This document shows positions 48,858 through 59,964 of a stretch of DNA of 64,000 bases, one piece after another; positions within the stretch are counted from its first letter, which is position 1; the number at the start of each line of letters is the position of its first letter. The stretch comes from Rhizodiscina lignyota (lineage: Eukaryota): assembly GCA_010015805.1 (NCBI GenBank), contig ML978127.1, positions 682,001 to 746,000 on the forward strand. The letters run 5' to 3'. The notes beneath the pieces were generated by a model. The model saw only the letters and a list, made by a program, of their open reading frames with translations. It did no database searches and was not told where the DNA came from. The position numbers were made by a program, and so were the translations under genes.

Positions 48858-50230
48858 ATGCCGTGCCGAGGGCTTTGCAGTATTGTAGCAGAATGCGCTC
48901 GCAAGAACCCACGACTCCCGGTGGAGCTCTGGATATTGATTGCTGAAGCACATGTCAGACAACTGTGCCATCTTCGAGAAACACTGACGGTACGGCTTGT
49001 CTCTCGTAAGCCATATAATTCTATCAGCGGCTCTTACTCTAACAAGCTGTAGACGCGTTTAATCGAGAAGCCTTGAAACATATTTTTGGCTGCGAAATAC
49101 AGTTTCTGGACGACTATAACTGGGATATACAAGTACTGGCTCTCAAACGCATGTTCTTGCGCTACATTCTCGCAAATTCTTACGGCAGCGCTGGAGACGG
49201 CCTCGTCATTCACACCATCCGTTATATGTCAACCTGGCTTAGGACGCACAGAAATGATCCGAAGACAGCCGAGGCGTATTACGTGGGAAAACTGTGCGAC
49301 CTTTTTTTCATCCCGAACAAGTACCTCACACCGGGTCACATGCTGTTGAGTCTGAAGGCAAAAGAGACCGACATTGAAGACCCCCAATACTGTGTCGAGT
49401 ATCACAAGCTGTCATGTGCGGCGTTCTTCGGTGAGATTGGGCTCATGCAGGAGCTTTTGCATGGAGACTTTGCGGCGAGGGTGCGCGGACTGAGTATGTC
49501 GTTTGAATATCTACTGGATATCTTTGGGTCACCGATCGTTGCTGCGATACGAGGTGGGCACATGAATGCGGTTCTGCTTCTTATGTGCTACAGGGTCGTC
49601 GGGACAAGTTACGAATACTGGTCTGCCATCTTCAATGCCATGTATGACCGGGAAGAGGCGGACGTTATCCCTTTTTTGCAGCTTCGAGCCCACATTGTTT
49701 GGAATGGATATCCCAGGTTCGCTTGGTACCGCGACATATTGACCATCGCAGCTAGCCACGGTTATACTTCTATTGTGGAACTCCTCTTCCTGGAAGCTTT
49801 TCAACGTGCATCCCAAGATTGGGAGAGAGAGGCTGTGACACAATGCGTCCTATTCAATTCCGCCAGGAGAGGCCATCTCGATATCGTCAGGATGATGGTT
49901 GAAGCAGGCGTAGACGTCAACTATTCCAGCTGGGATAGCACCAAATCGTTGAGAATCACTCCACTCTACGTGGCAGCCATGGCTGGTCATACGGATGTCG
50001 TTACGTACCTCCTCAAACGTGGCGCAGATATCTCTCGAAGTTATCGTGCGACTGGTGTATTTGCGTTCACGGGCAGCTGGCAGAATCTCGTCGGTTATAC
50101 TCTCTGGATGGGACACTTCGAAACGGCGCGGGTTCTCATAAGACATGCTCAGTGGCTGAAGATCGTGCACAGAACCCGATTGAAGGATCGCAGGACGTTT
50201 CTTGTGGTGCCGCGAGGGAAGACTTGGTGA
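48858..50230 (+). CDS. Ankyrin-repeat protein with an F-box-like N-terminus (intron 49006-49052)
   Basis: Exon 1 RLPVELWILIAE...LTVRLVS; ankyrin repeats SPIVAAIRGGH, AASHGYTSIVELL, SARRGHLDIVRMMVEAGVDVN, TPLYVAAMAGHTDVVTYLLKRGAD. Confidence 0.8.
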
Positions 50231-50990
50231 ACTTAGGGGCCACAGCCACTGCAATGATCTAATTGATCGCGGAGGAAATCGTCTTCGTTTCTTCTGAGAG
50301 TAGGCTGGCGTTTCGGTGGTGGGGTTGGTGTCGTCGATGCTGTCATGTCTTTGTACGGTTAATGAGGTGGAACCGCTATTATTGGACACTCTGTCATTTT
50401 GCCATATTGAAAAGAAAGGCGAAGGCCAATTGCAAGACGAATAATCGTCCAATTTGCAAGTCTATCAGATCCCCTCACGCCGCCCTATATACGCATTTAG
50501 CCCACCGCGCACGCACGTTCCTGCTCAGCATGGGAGATCATCATGCCTGCGTGCTTGAGCCACCTTAATTGGACACGGTCCTCCAATCCTTCCTCTTTCG
50601 GCACTTTAATTTGTTCCTTTCGGCTCATCCGTGTCATGCCTCGGCTCGTGGATATTACATTACAACTTAAGCGCAGGGGTGGGCGATCCGACCTGTGAAC
50701 GCAAAACAATTCGAATCAGCCTCACGTTCGGGAAGATGCGGAAAGACTTTTACAGCTATGAGTCCTTTGACTCTTGAGACTGAAAGATGCTATTTGCTTT
50801 TTTCGCACAGCTGCGGCCGGATTACACGCAGAGCGAAATACCTCGGCACGCCGCTGGTGCGAAGAGCCAATCATACAAAAGCTTCCACTTTCGCCGTACA
50901 GTACATGACATTGCTGTTACAATTTTGCTATTGGTGCAGCCGTGGGAAGCAGGCGGGAATAATGGGAACAGGGAAAGAAATACCGATCAT

Positions 50991-52859
50991 CTACAGCTTC
51001 GCTGCAGGTGTCGCGGCGCCTACATTCGTGATTTCGTTGTAGAGCAGACTGTTCTGTCGTTAGCAATACTATCCTTCTCACATAGAATTATTCTTCTCCC
51101 ACAACTCCTCCGGAGAGAGGAGCATGAGCAGAAGATGTCACTTACCTTGTCAAGAACTCTGCGTAATCTTCTCCGGTAACCTGGCTCTCGAAATACTTCG
51201 CCGCTAGCTTGAACTTGTTGCCCTTCGGCCCCTTCTTCTCTAACTCATCCGCCTGCTCCTTCAGCAATTTGAGCGAATACTCAGGCGTCATCTTCTTGCC
51301 CTCCGAAGTGCTAACGCCGTGCCTGCACCACTGCCACAGCTGACTCCTGCTGACCTCCGCCGTTGCCGCGTCCTCCATGAGATAGTTGATAGGCACGCAG
51401 CCAACGCCGCGCAGCCAGCCCTCCATATAACCGAGGCCGATGTTGAGGTTCTTCCGGATGCCGTCCTCCGTAATCTTGCCGGGAACGTTCATGTTGAGCA
51501 GGTCGTTGCCAGAGATCTTAACATCCTCGCGGCGTACGAACAATTGATTCGGCGTCGGCATGTACGTGTTGAAGATGTCGCTCGCGATCGCTGCAAGCGC
51601 TGGATGTGCGACCCAGGTACCGTCGTGGCCGGCACGGACTTCTCTGAGCTTGTCGGCGCGCACGGAGGCCATAGCAGCGTCGTTGGCGGCCGGATCGTCC
51701 TTGATGGGAATCTGTGCTGCCATGCCACCCATGGCGTGGACCTGGCGGCGATGGCAGGTTTGGATGAGGAGCTTGACGTATGCATCCATGAATGGAACGG
51801 TCATAGTGACGGCACTGCGATCCGGGAGGACGAAATCGGGGTTCTGGCGGAATCGCTTGATTACAGAGAAAATATAATCCCAGCGGCCGCAGTTAAGACC
51901 TGAGGAGTGGTCACGGAGTTCGTAAATGATCTGTTGGTTATGTCAATACCCAAAAAAAATAACAACTTTTGCAATACCAGCCAGAAATGCAATTGGTAGC
52001 AATGAGATCGAATACGAACCTCATCCATCTCAAAGGCCGCCATGATCGTCTCGATCAAGACGGTTCCCCTAATTGTGCCACGCGGCATTCCAATGTAGTC
52101 CTGTGCCAAGTTGAAAACATCGTTCCACAGCCTAGCCTCGAGATGGCTCTCCATCTTCGGCAGATAGAAGTATGGGCCCGTCCCTCGCTTGACGAGCTCC
52201 GCTGCATTGTTGAAGAAATACAGGCCAAAGTCGAACAAACTGCCGGAGATCGGCTCGCCATCAACAGTGAAGTGCTTCTCCTCCAGGTGCCAACCTCGTG
52301 CACGGCAGATAAGGGTAGGCAGAGTGCGGTCGGTGCGGAGCTTGTAGTCCTTCTCGCCCTGCTTGAAGTCGACTTGCTTGCGAATGGCATCGTAGAGGTT
52401 AAGCTGGCCGTTGACCATGTTGTCCCATGTTGGTGCATTTGAGTCTGAATTGATACCGGATCAGCGTCGTCTCATGTGCTGACTATCGAGCCATTTACCT
52501 TCAAAATCGGCCATGTATGTCCAGACGTTGGAGTTCAGCGCATTAACAACCATCTTCCTGTCGGTGGGCCCAGTAATCTCAACCCTCCTGTCCACCAATC
52601 CTGGTGCTGGCGGTGCTCCTCTCCACGCATCGTTCTCACGGATGTGCTTGGTCTCGGGGAGAAAGTCTGGCAGATTGCCTTTGTCCAGCTCAGCCTGGCG
52701 GATCATACGCCTCTGAAGCAAAGCTTTGCGAGTCGCATTGAAGGACCTATGGAGCAGCGCGAGGAACACAGTGGCTTCCTTGCTCAGGATGACGCGGGTC
52801 TGGTCATTGAGGGGACCAAGGATGTTGACATCCTTCAGAATTGCGTCTGCGTTAGCCAT
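50991..52859 (-). CDS. MLS1: Glyoxysomal malate synthase, 4 exons
   Basis: [83 protein letters not shown]; last exon ends PAAKL* (PTS1). Confidence 0.98.
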
Positions 52860-53024
52860 TGCGGTAAGTCGAAGCTTTACTTTCTATGACCAAAATAAAA
52901 CTATTACAGTTCAATGGGGGAAAAAGTATGGCGGATATGTGAGAAGCTTCGCAAAAAGCTAACGAGCGCGCATCAACGGTATATATCGGAGCGTCATGGC
53001 CAACGTCACAGCGTTTAGCGGTTA

Positions 53025-53136
53025 CCGAGGGACGAATGGGAGTAGCCATTGCGCAGCTGGGAGCCGGGGGAGGTCTAGCCAGGGCCCCGCGAATGAACAA
53101 AGTCATAATGGTCGCTGGCTGGTATCGAATCCTCGG
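53025..53136. promoter_or_regulatory. Two FarA/FarB-type CCTCGG cores upstream of malate synthase
   Basis: CCGAGG at 53025-53030 and CCTCGG at 53131-53136; another CCTCGG at 47275-47280 precedes the thioesterase. Confidence 0.5.
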
Positions 53137-53958
53137 GTGAGAGGGGCTGGATGGCGTCGGCTTTGACGCTTGTGATGATGGACGTGGGGAAGAGCTCCAA
53201 GCTCCATCAATCCACCACCACCATCGGCCCGCTCCCTGCAACGTTGCACACTTTTAGCAGACGTCGAACTTCACATTTCGCACTCCTGACGTGATGGATC
53301 TGCAAACTGTATCAGGGTAAACTGAAGACATGCCCTTCCACTGTGCAGCATCTGTGAGTTCGGCATTCACCCCGTCTGCAGTTTTGGAGAAGAGGCGAAC
53401 AGGGCAGGAGATGATTCGGGCTCTGATCAAAGTCCGAGCACACGTGTCGGGTAGCACCGGGACCGCATTCCAAGACGCTTTCGTACGAGCAACTCCATCG
53501 CGGAAAAGGTGATGGCTTATAGTGTTGCTCTAACTCCTAGGCACACGGCTACAAGTGGAGCAGCCTTACTAGTCTGCGCTGGAATAGCGTCGACACTATA
53601 ACATATCGTCGCTCCACATTCCTTCGTACGAAGCTAAAATCAAAGGATCAACCTGCCTAAATTCACATACAGTGTCCGCATGCATGTCCGCACCACGGAT
53701 AATATTTAGTCAACTCACTCTTGTTTTTGCATTTCGTCCACAGCATGCATTCTTGCGGAGCTTCCTGCCAGCTTGATGATAAGACTTCAGAGCCACGACG
53801 CTACGAAGTTGCTGCCCTCAGCTGGGTTCTGAAGCAAGTACTTTCAAACATCAACTTCTACTGTTTTAAATTGTTTTCTGCCTACTGTACAAACTATGCG
53901 ATATATGTCATTGATTACTGCACAACCATAAACCCAATTGAGCAAGCATACATTCGGC

Positions 53959-54218
53959 GTGCTCAACTCGCGAGAGCGAGGCCCCGGCGGCAAAGGCAGT
54001 TTACTTCGAAGTCGTCCAGCCCCTTCTGATCCCTCCGGGTCTGCCTTCCTATTCCTTCGCCTTTCCCTATATCTTCTAATTCCTTCTGATTCCCCAATTA
54101 GAGGACTTAGGGGAAGGCGAATGAATAGGAAGGCAGACCCGGAGGGATCAGAAGGGGCTGGACGACTTCGAAGTAAACTGCCTTTGCCGCCGGGGCCTCG
54201 CTCTCGCGAGTTGAGCAC
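53959..54218. repeat. 260-bp inverted repeat / fold-back element (96-bp perfect arms, ~123-bp total stem, 14-nt loop)
   Basis: 53959-54054 is the exact reverse complement of 54123-54218; pairing continues with few mismatches to 54081/54096. Confidence 0.98.
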
Positions 54219-56020
54219 CAACCAGAAGGCCATGCCACACCATGATCTTGTGACATGACCCTGTGGAAAGACCCAAGGCCGCTCTGTACACTTCTCGGAA
54301 ACCATAACTTAGCCGTTTGGTAACAGTAGCGGTCCGTTTCCAAGTCCAGTCGCCCAAGTCAATGAGAGTATAGTGGAAGCATCCAAGGGAGCAGCTGAGC
54401 AAGCGAGCTTGCTGCTCCCGAGTTGATTATCCTTCCACGTCTTGGGCAGAGCCATCTATCCAAACTTGAACGATTCCCCATCTTTCTTCTTTTCTAAATG
54501 TCAGATACGGTGTTAGCATGGAACTTTCAGCAGCTGCAACCGGCAAATCAACAAAAATGGTGCAATGGCCACACATACAAGCAGTCTTCTTGACATAACC
54601 ATGCTGCTGACTATGGTGCCTCTGCAGATGATCTTTTCGAGTGTAGCCTTTCGTGCAACCAGGTTCTGGGCAAGCGTAGGCAATACGATCGTTATTTCCA
54701 GAATGACAACTGCGTTCATGACGTCCTAGATCCGCTCTCAGGCCAAATGGAGGTTGCGTACAGCCTGGAACTGCACATTTGAATTCGCGGTGATGCTTCC
54801 TTTTCTTGTGGCGCCTGAATATTAGTCAGTCTTCCTCTCGGCCGCAGAAATAAGCAAAAATAGAGGTTGACTGCGTACGTGAGCTCCCACGTTTTCTCAA
54901 ACGTATCACCACACTCCGAGCAACGGTGTTTGGCTTTGCAAGTTGCTAGATCGCTCGGTGAAGTTGAGCAGGAGGTAGACGGCGGACTGAAGTGGTCTTC
55001 CGGATGTTCTGAAATTGCGGACCCAGGGTACGAGCTGAGCGGATCAAGATCGAATGGTGACTGGCTAACAGGCTTTGCGTCAAGAGAGTGCTTGGCAGAA
55101 GATTGATATAGTTCTTTTGGATAGATTACTGGATTTGGTAGATATTCGACCGCGCTTGGGTCGACATACGCTGGGACGAGACAGCTAAAGTTGGCGTCAA
55201 GATTATGGCACCAGGGTGTCTCTGAGATTTAGTATGCGCGGAGTGGGATCTCCGCGCAGATCGAGCAAATTTCAACTGATGAGAAAGATTGTCCTTGGGT
55301 TCGATACTCGAGGATTGACGAAGCTGGTTTGGCCCCAGCTCGCCTACGCCTCGGAGGCGTGGCTGGTGAGCCTGTGATCAGACGATGAAAACTTGAGGAG
55401 ATGTGTTAAAAGATATTGTCGGAGTTGCCTGTCGTGATTTGAGAGGGAGTGCACCAGGTCTTTATACAGCCTCGCGGTTCATGTTGGGGCATACAAGGCT
55501 GATCACATCAGGCAAACTTGCGTCTGCATGGTCGCTAAGATGTGCTCCAGGGAGTCGCTGCAACCCAGTCGAATGTCGAGCCGTCTCCAATAGCGGTGAG
55601 TCGTCTTAGTGATGCATTTGAGAGCCAATGAGGTGTCTCTCACCAATCACTATTTTGATTTGCCATTAAATCCCGCATATCGATCGTATGCCCCAATTTT
55701 GGGAGAGGACCATACGTTACCAGCTGGAAGTTAACTTTCTGGTTTTAGTGGAAATTTGAGTTCCTCTTCGGTCTGAACCTGTATGCCCCCAACATGTTGT
55801 TATGTCAGTGGTAGTGACATAAAGATGGTCGCGAAATCTAAAGATGTATATGTTCGAACATAAAGCTTCCGACCTTTCTGTCGTCCCAAATACTCGCCGT
55901 CCTTCATCAGACAAAATGCCATCGCTCACAATAATCGTCTGTCCTCCTAAATTTCCAAACATATCCCTCACTTCTTCGATGCATCCATACCGGCTTCCAA
56001 ACAACTGCTCCCTCGCAAAT

Positions 56021-56125
56021 ATGACCTCCCCTTCTCCGGCTGGATCAATTGCCTTTGATACTATCGCCGTCGTTCTAGCGCTGTTGACGTTGGTCGTCGC
56101 ATATCTGCAATTCCGCTATCGGTGA
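56021..56125 (+). CDS. Putative 34-aa single-pass membrane micropeptide (or first exon of a decayed gene)
   Basis: MTSPSPAGSIAFDTIAVVLALLTLVVAYLQFRYR*; pyrimidine-rich leader; the stop overlaps a possible GTGAAT donor. Confidence 0.35.
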   Translation: MTSPSPAGSIAFDTIAVVLALLTLVVAYLQFRYR

Positions 56126-57285
56126 ATGGGCTTAAGAGCGTTAGTAGCAATCTGGTAATCTCACGGTCCCTGGGACATTTGTGATTTAACTGGGTTCTAG
56201 TATGTTGAATCTCATCAATGCCAACAATGTCTCCAATGACAACTCATGGAAGTGTTTCCGAAATGAACAGGTCCGGTGAGGTACCGTATGGGATAGGGAA
56301 CTAGAAACAGGACAAATCATGGCAAAGACGGAAAGAAATACTTTATACAGAGATACTCGAATTTCAAACATGATGACCGCATTCAAATCCGAGATCCTCT
56401 ATAAAACCACTTATTGGAAATTGTATCTCCCCTGCCACGACTCGAACAGTACTACAGTGTGACGACACCGCCGCAACCGCGAAGCCCGCGTGCTGATTCG
56501 AGAGCTTAAAGATATTCGAGCTTATACGTGACGGCTGGTATACATCCATCGAACCTCCAGAGTCCTTCCAGGTTGAAATCACAAGACACCCTGCGGATAA
56601 GACGTATGATGATCATGAAATCGTCAGCTAAGGAATCGAAGGGTGGAACTGGTACGACGGAGGCAAAAGTGCTAATCGTGATGCCTTTCCTGTTATACTA
56701 GTCAACTCATATTGCATCTCTTTGACAGTGAAATTGACAAGAGATAATAGAGGAAGGCTGTGGCTGCGAGAAGCATCAGAGAGTAACGCCGCAAGGCTGA
56801 ATCGCGCTTCTGGCACGGAGTCGGCCAATGCTACCAGTCATTGCTGCGAGTTTTGGACGCGGATATCATGTGTGCAATAGGTACCAAATTGCAAAGGACA
56901 ATGGAGGGAATCAAGTCCATTGAAGCTCTTAAGCAAGCAAAGGCATCCCGATAGAATTCCAATTCATGTGAAGAGCAATGATTGAAGGAGAAGATATGTT
57001 ATTTTGGCCAATAATAGACGCACGACTCGCGAAGCCCAAGGGAGCGGAGTTAGTCAGCGTCATTGGGCCTTGGCGAACGCCTCTCGACCGAACTTCACAG
57101 CCTCAAGCACGCGGCGACTACGTATGCTCAACCGGGCAGAATTGCGACTCCAATCGCAGTAATACTCGACTTTCCGAGTCTTTATATTCTTTGTTCCGCC
57201 TGTCCAGTCACCCAACAACTTCCCATGATACCTCCTCCGAGGCTCCGCAGCCCAAATCCCACCAGCTGGACTCTCCTTCTCCGCC

Positions 57286-59348
57286 ATGCCGTCGATATTG
57301 TCTGAAGAGGACAAGCAGACTGTCAAGCGGACAGTACCGAAGGCCTCCAACAAGATTCATGCAGTTGCAGTTGCAAAGTTGTACATTGCCTATCCGAACC
57401 GGCAAAGATGGACGTACACCGGCCTGCAGGGTGCCGTAGTCCTGGCCAACGATCTCGTAGGCAATACATTCTGGATAAAGTTGGTGGATGTGTCGGTAGG
57501 TTGCGAGAAAAAGATTTCACATTGCCTATATCACTAATGCTCAGAAGCCTGCAAACCGAGGAGTCATATGGGATCAAGAAATATACGACACATGGTCTTA
57601 CAACCAAGACCGCACCTTCTTCCACACCTTCGAGCTCGAGGACTGTTTAGCGGGTTTATCATTCGCTGATGAGAAAGAGGCTCGGACATTCTTGAAGAAG
57701 ATGGGGGATCGGGAGAAGAATGCTCACAAGAATACCAAGGGCAGGCCATTTGGGGCGGCCAAGGGTATGACGAATGGATATGGCTCTGGGGATGAGAAGC
57801 AACATCACAGCCTATTCGGAAGTCTCTTTGGCAGCCACAGACATTCATCGGCTCCACAACAGCCCGCTCAGTCAATCATCCCGCCTCGAGAGATTGCTTC
57901 ATCGACCCCACCTGCATCGCGGAACTCTTTCGTCGACTCGCTGGACCCGAAACTTGTGAGGGAGTTGAAACAGCTCGGATTGTCGGAAGACCAACTCGCA
58001 GATAATAAAGACTTCATCCAGTCATATATTACTGAGAGCAAGAAGGCGGAAGAACAGCAGAAGGAGCAGCAAAGGAGGTCAAGAGCACCACCACCGCCGC
58101 CCCCACCGGCTGCTGCTCCTGTGAGTATAAGCCCACAGAATACTGGCAGTACAACTGCATCAAGGCGTGGTCCTCCGCCAGCTCCTCCACCAGCTCGAAG
58201 AACGGTGACCAAGGTCGACTCTGTGCATCGCGAGGACCCGTCCCCCCCGAGAAATGCTACACCACCCGCACCTCCCGCGCCTCGATTCAAAGCTCCACCT
58301 CCACTCGCAGATGCTGGCAAGTTGGCTCATGACGTGCCGAGACTGCCTTCGCGAGCACGTGCATCATCAAACGTCGCGAATGCAGCTCCTCCTCCACCTC
58401 CAAGGCCATCGAAAGTACCGGACGACACCCCAGCCGAACCTGGACACAAGTTCGGAGTACCACCGCCTTTCGATGGCAACCGCATCCCTTCAGGGCCACC
58501 GCCACCACCAGCCCGCGGTCCTGTACCGCCTCCTCCGCCAGCACGCGATACGCATGCGCAGGCACATGCTGTTCCTCCTGCCGCTGCGGCACCACCACCT
58601 CTCCCGCCAAAGGCGCCAGAGCAAACCAGCCCACCACCACCACCTCGTGCGCCTGTGAAAGCTCCGGGCCCAGCAGGTGCACCTCCTCCACTTCCCCCAA
58701 GTTCAGCGCGTCCGCCTCCTGGTCCACCACCTCTGCCAGCGTCGTCCTCTCCAGCACCTCCCCCTCCTCCACCATTACCTACCTCAAATGCACCGCCACC
58801 TCCGCCGTTACCATCATCGAACGCACCACCACCTCCACCCTTACCTCCATCCAACAACATACCACCACCTCCTCCGTTACCTTCCTCTGGCGCGCCTCCT
58901 CCACCTCCATTACCATCCAGTGGTGCTCCACCCCCACCGCCTCCCCCACCACCAGGCGTCGCACCATCCGGACCGCCACCTCCCGCTCTACCCTCAGGAG
59001 CAGCGGGTGGCCGCGACGATCTCCTTGCTAGTATTCGTGGAGGTGCGAGGCTTAAGAAAGTCGATGACACCCAGAAGCGAGATCGCAGTGCGGCAGCGGT
59101 TCCTGGTGGGGAGCCTTCCAGTCCGCCACCTGCGAATGCAGGAGGGGATACAGCCGCTCAACCTGGGTTGGCGGGTGCTTTGGCCCAAGCGCTGGCGACG
59201 AGGAAGAGTAAGGTCGGAGACAGTGGTAAGTTACTTTTCTCCTTCTCACAGATGAAGTTTGAATTTCTACGTTTGATCTAGTAATCACGACATTTGGAAT
59301 GATATTCTAACTTCTGCAGACGATGAATCCGACAAAGACGACTGGTAG
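57286..59348 (+). CDS. LAS17: WASP homolog, Arp2/3 activator (introns 57496-57544, 59225-59319)
   Basis: WH1 domain (AVAVAKLYIAYP...FWIKLVD...IWDQE...FFHTFE), poly-proline region, WH2 GGRDDLLASIRGGARLKKV, C helix, acidic tail DDESDKDDW*. Confidence 0.96.
58680..58995 (+). repeat. Coding tandem repeat (A/I)PPPPPLP(S/T)S(N/G), ~33-36 nt unit
   Basis: About 6-7 degenerate copies within the LAS17 proline-rich region. Confidence 0.8.
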
Positions 59349-59964
59349 ATGCTACCACTTTGCTCCTCCAAAAACGAAACAGAAAATCTGGCTGTTGTGG
59401 CATAGCTGATCTTCCTGTGGCACGAGTCAAACGTGCTCCACTTGTAATTAAGGTGATGACACGCTAGTCGGAAGTGGCGTCACGGCACAGCGGAACTGAT
59501 ACGAGCAGGATCAACAACGGGGAGATTTGGAATTGAGTCAGGAGCTTGGCTTTTCGCGTAATGAGACGACGAAATTCATATCATGCGCAGTCGCGTGACT
59601 TCGAGTGCAGAGTCAATGTATATTGTAGAGTGGACAAAAGAACGCTGTTATTAGATTAGATATCCAAAATTGAACTATTCACAAGGGGATTAAGCGTTCC
59701 GAGCGCTTGCTACAGAGAAGTATATGAAGTATTGTTTGAAAATTATCGCTCGCTACCGCTCGCTATATAGTTATACATGCGTTTTCATGCACATTCAACG
59801 TGTAATGCCTCGTCCACCGCCTGCGAATTCGATGTAAATGCAAAAATGCAATCAGAAGTTGGGTATTAAGAATTATGCCGCACCTCCTCCTTTTGCAGGC
59901 CTCGCTATGTACAGAACATCAATGCCTTCTCTCATGCCCCTTGCCTTGGATTCTCCCTCGTAAC

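Noticed and set aside
53959..54218. Superficial resemblance to parvoviral/AAV terminal hairpins (GAGCGAGGCC...CAAAGG)
   Set aside because: Only a few GC-rich words match; no T-shaped arms, no GAGC tandem array, no Rep gene
53844..54402. Mirror-image ORFs on both strands (VLNSRERGPGGKGSLLRSRP...)
   Set aside because: A by-product of the inverted repeat; no ATG start or coding features
55291..55313. GGTTCGATA T-loop-like hairpin suggesting a tRNA
   Set aside because: No acceptor stem, D-arm or anticodon arm can be built
54513..56386. Two minus-strand ORFs starting MNAVVILEI and MNAVIMFEI
   Set aside because: Similarity limited to ~25 nt (about 18 matches) and does not extend; probably chance
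57868..59070. Long Gly-rich antisense ORFs
   Set aside because: Reverse complement of LAS17 poly-proline codons
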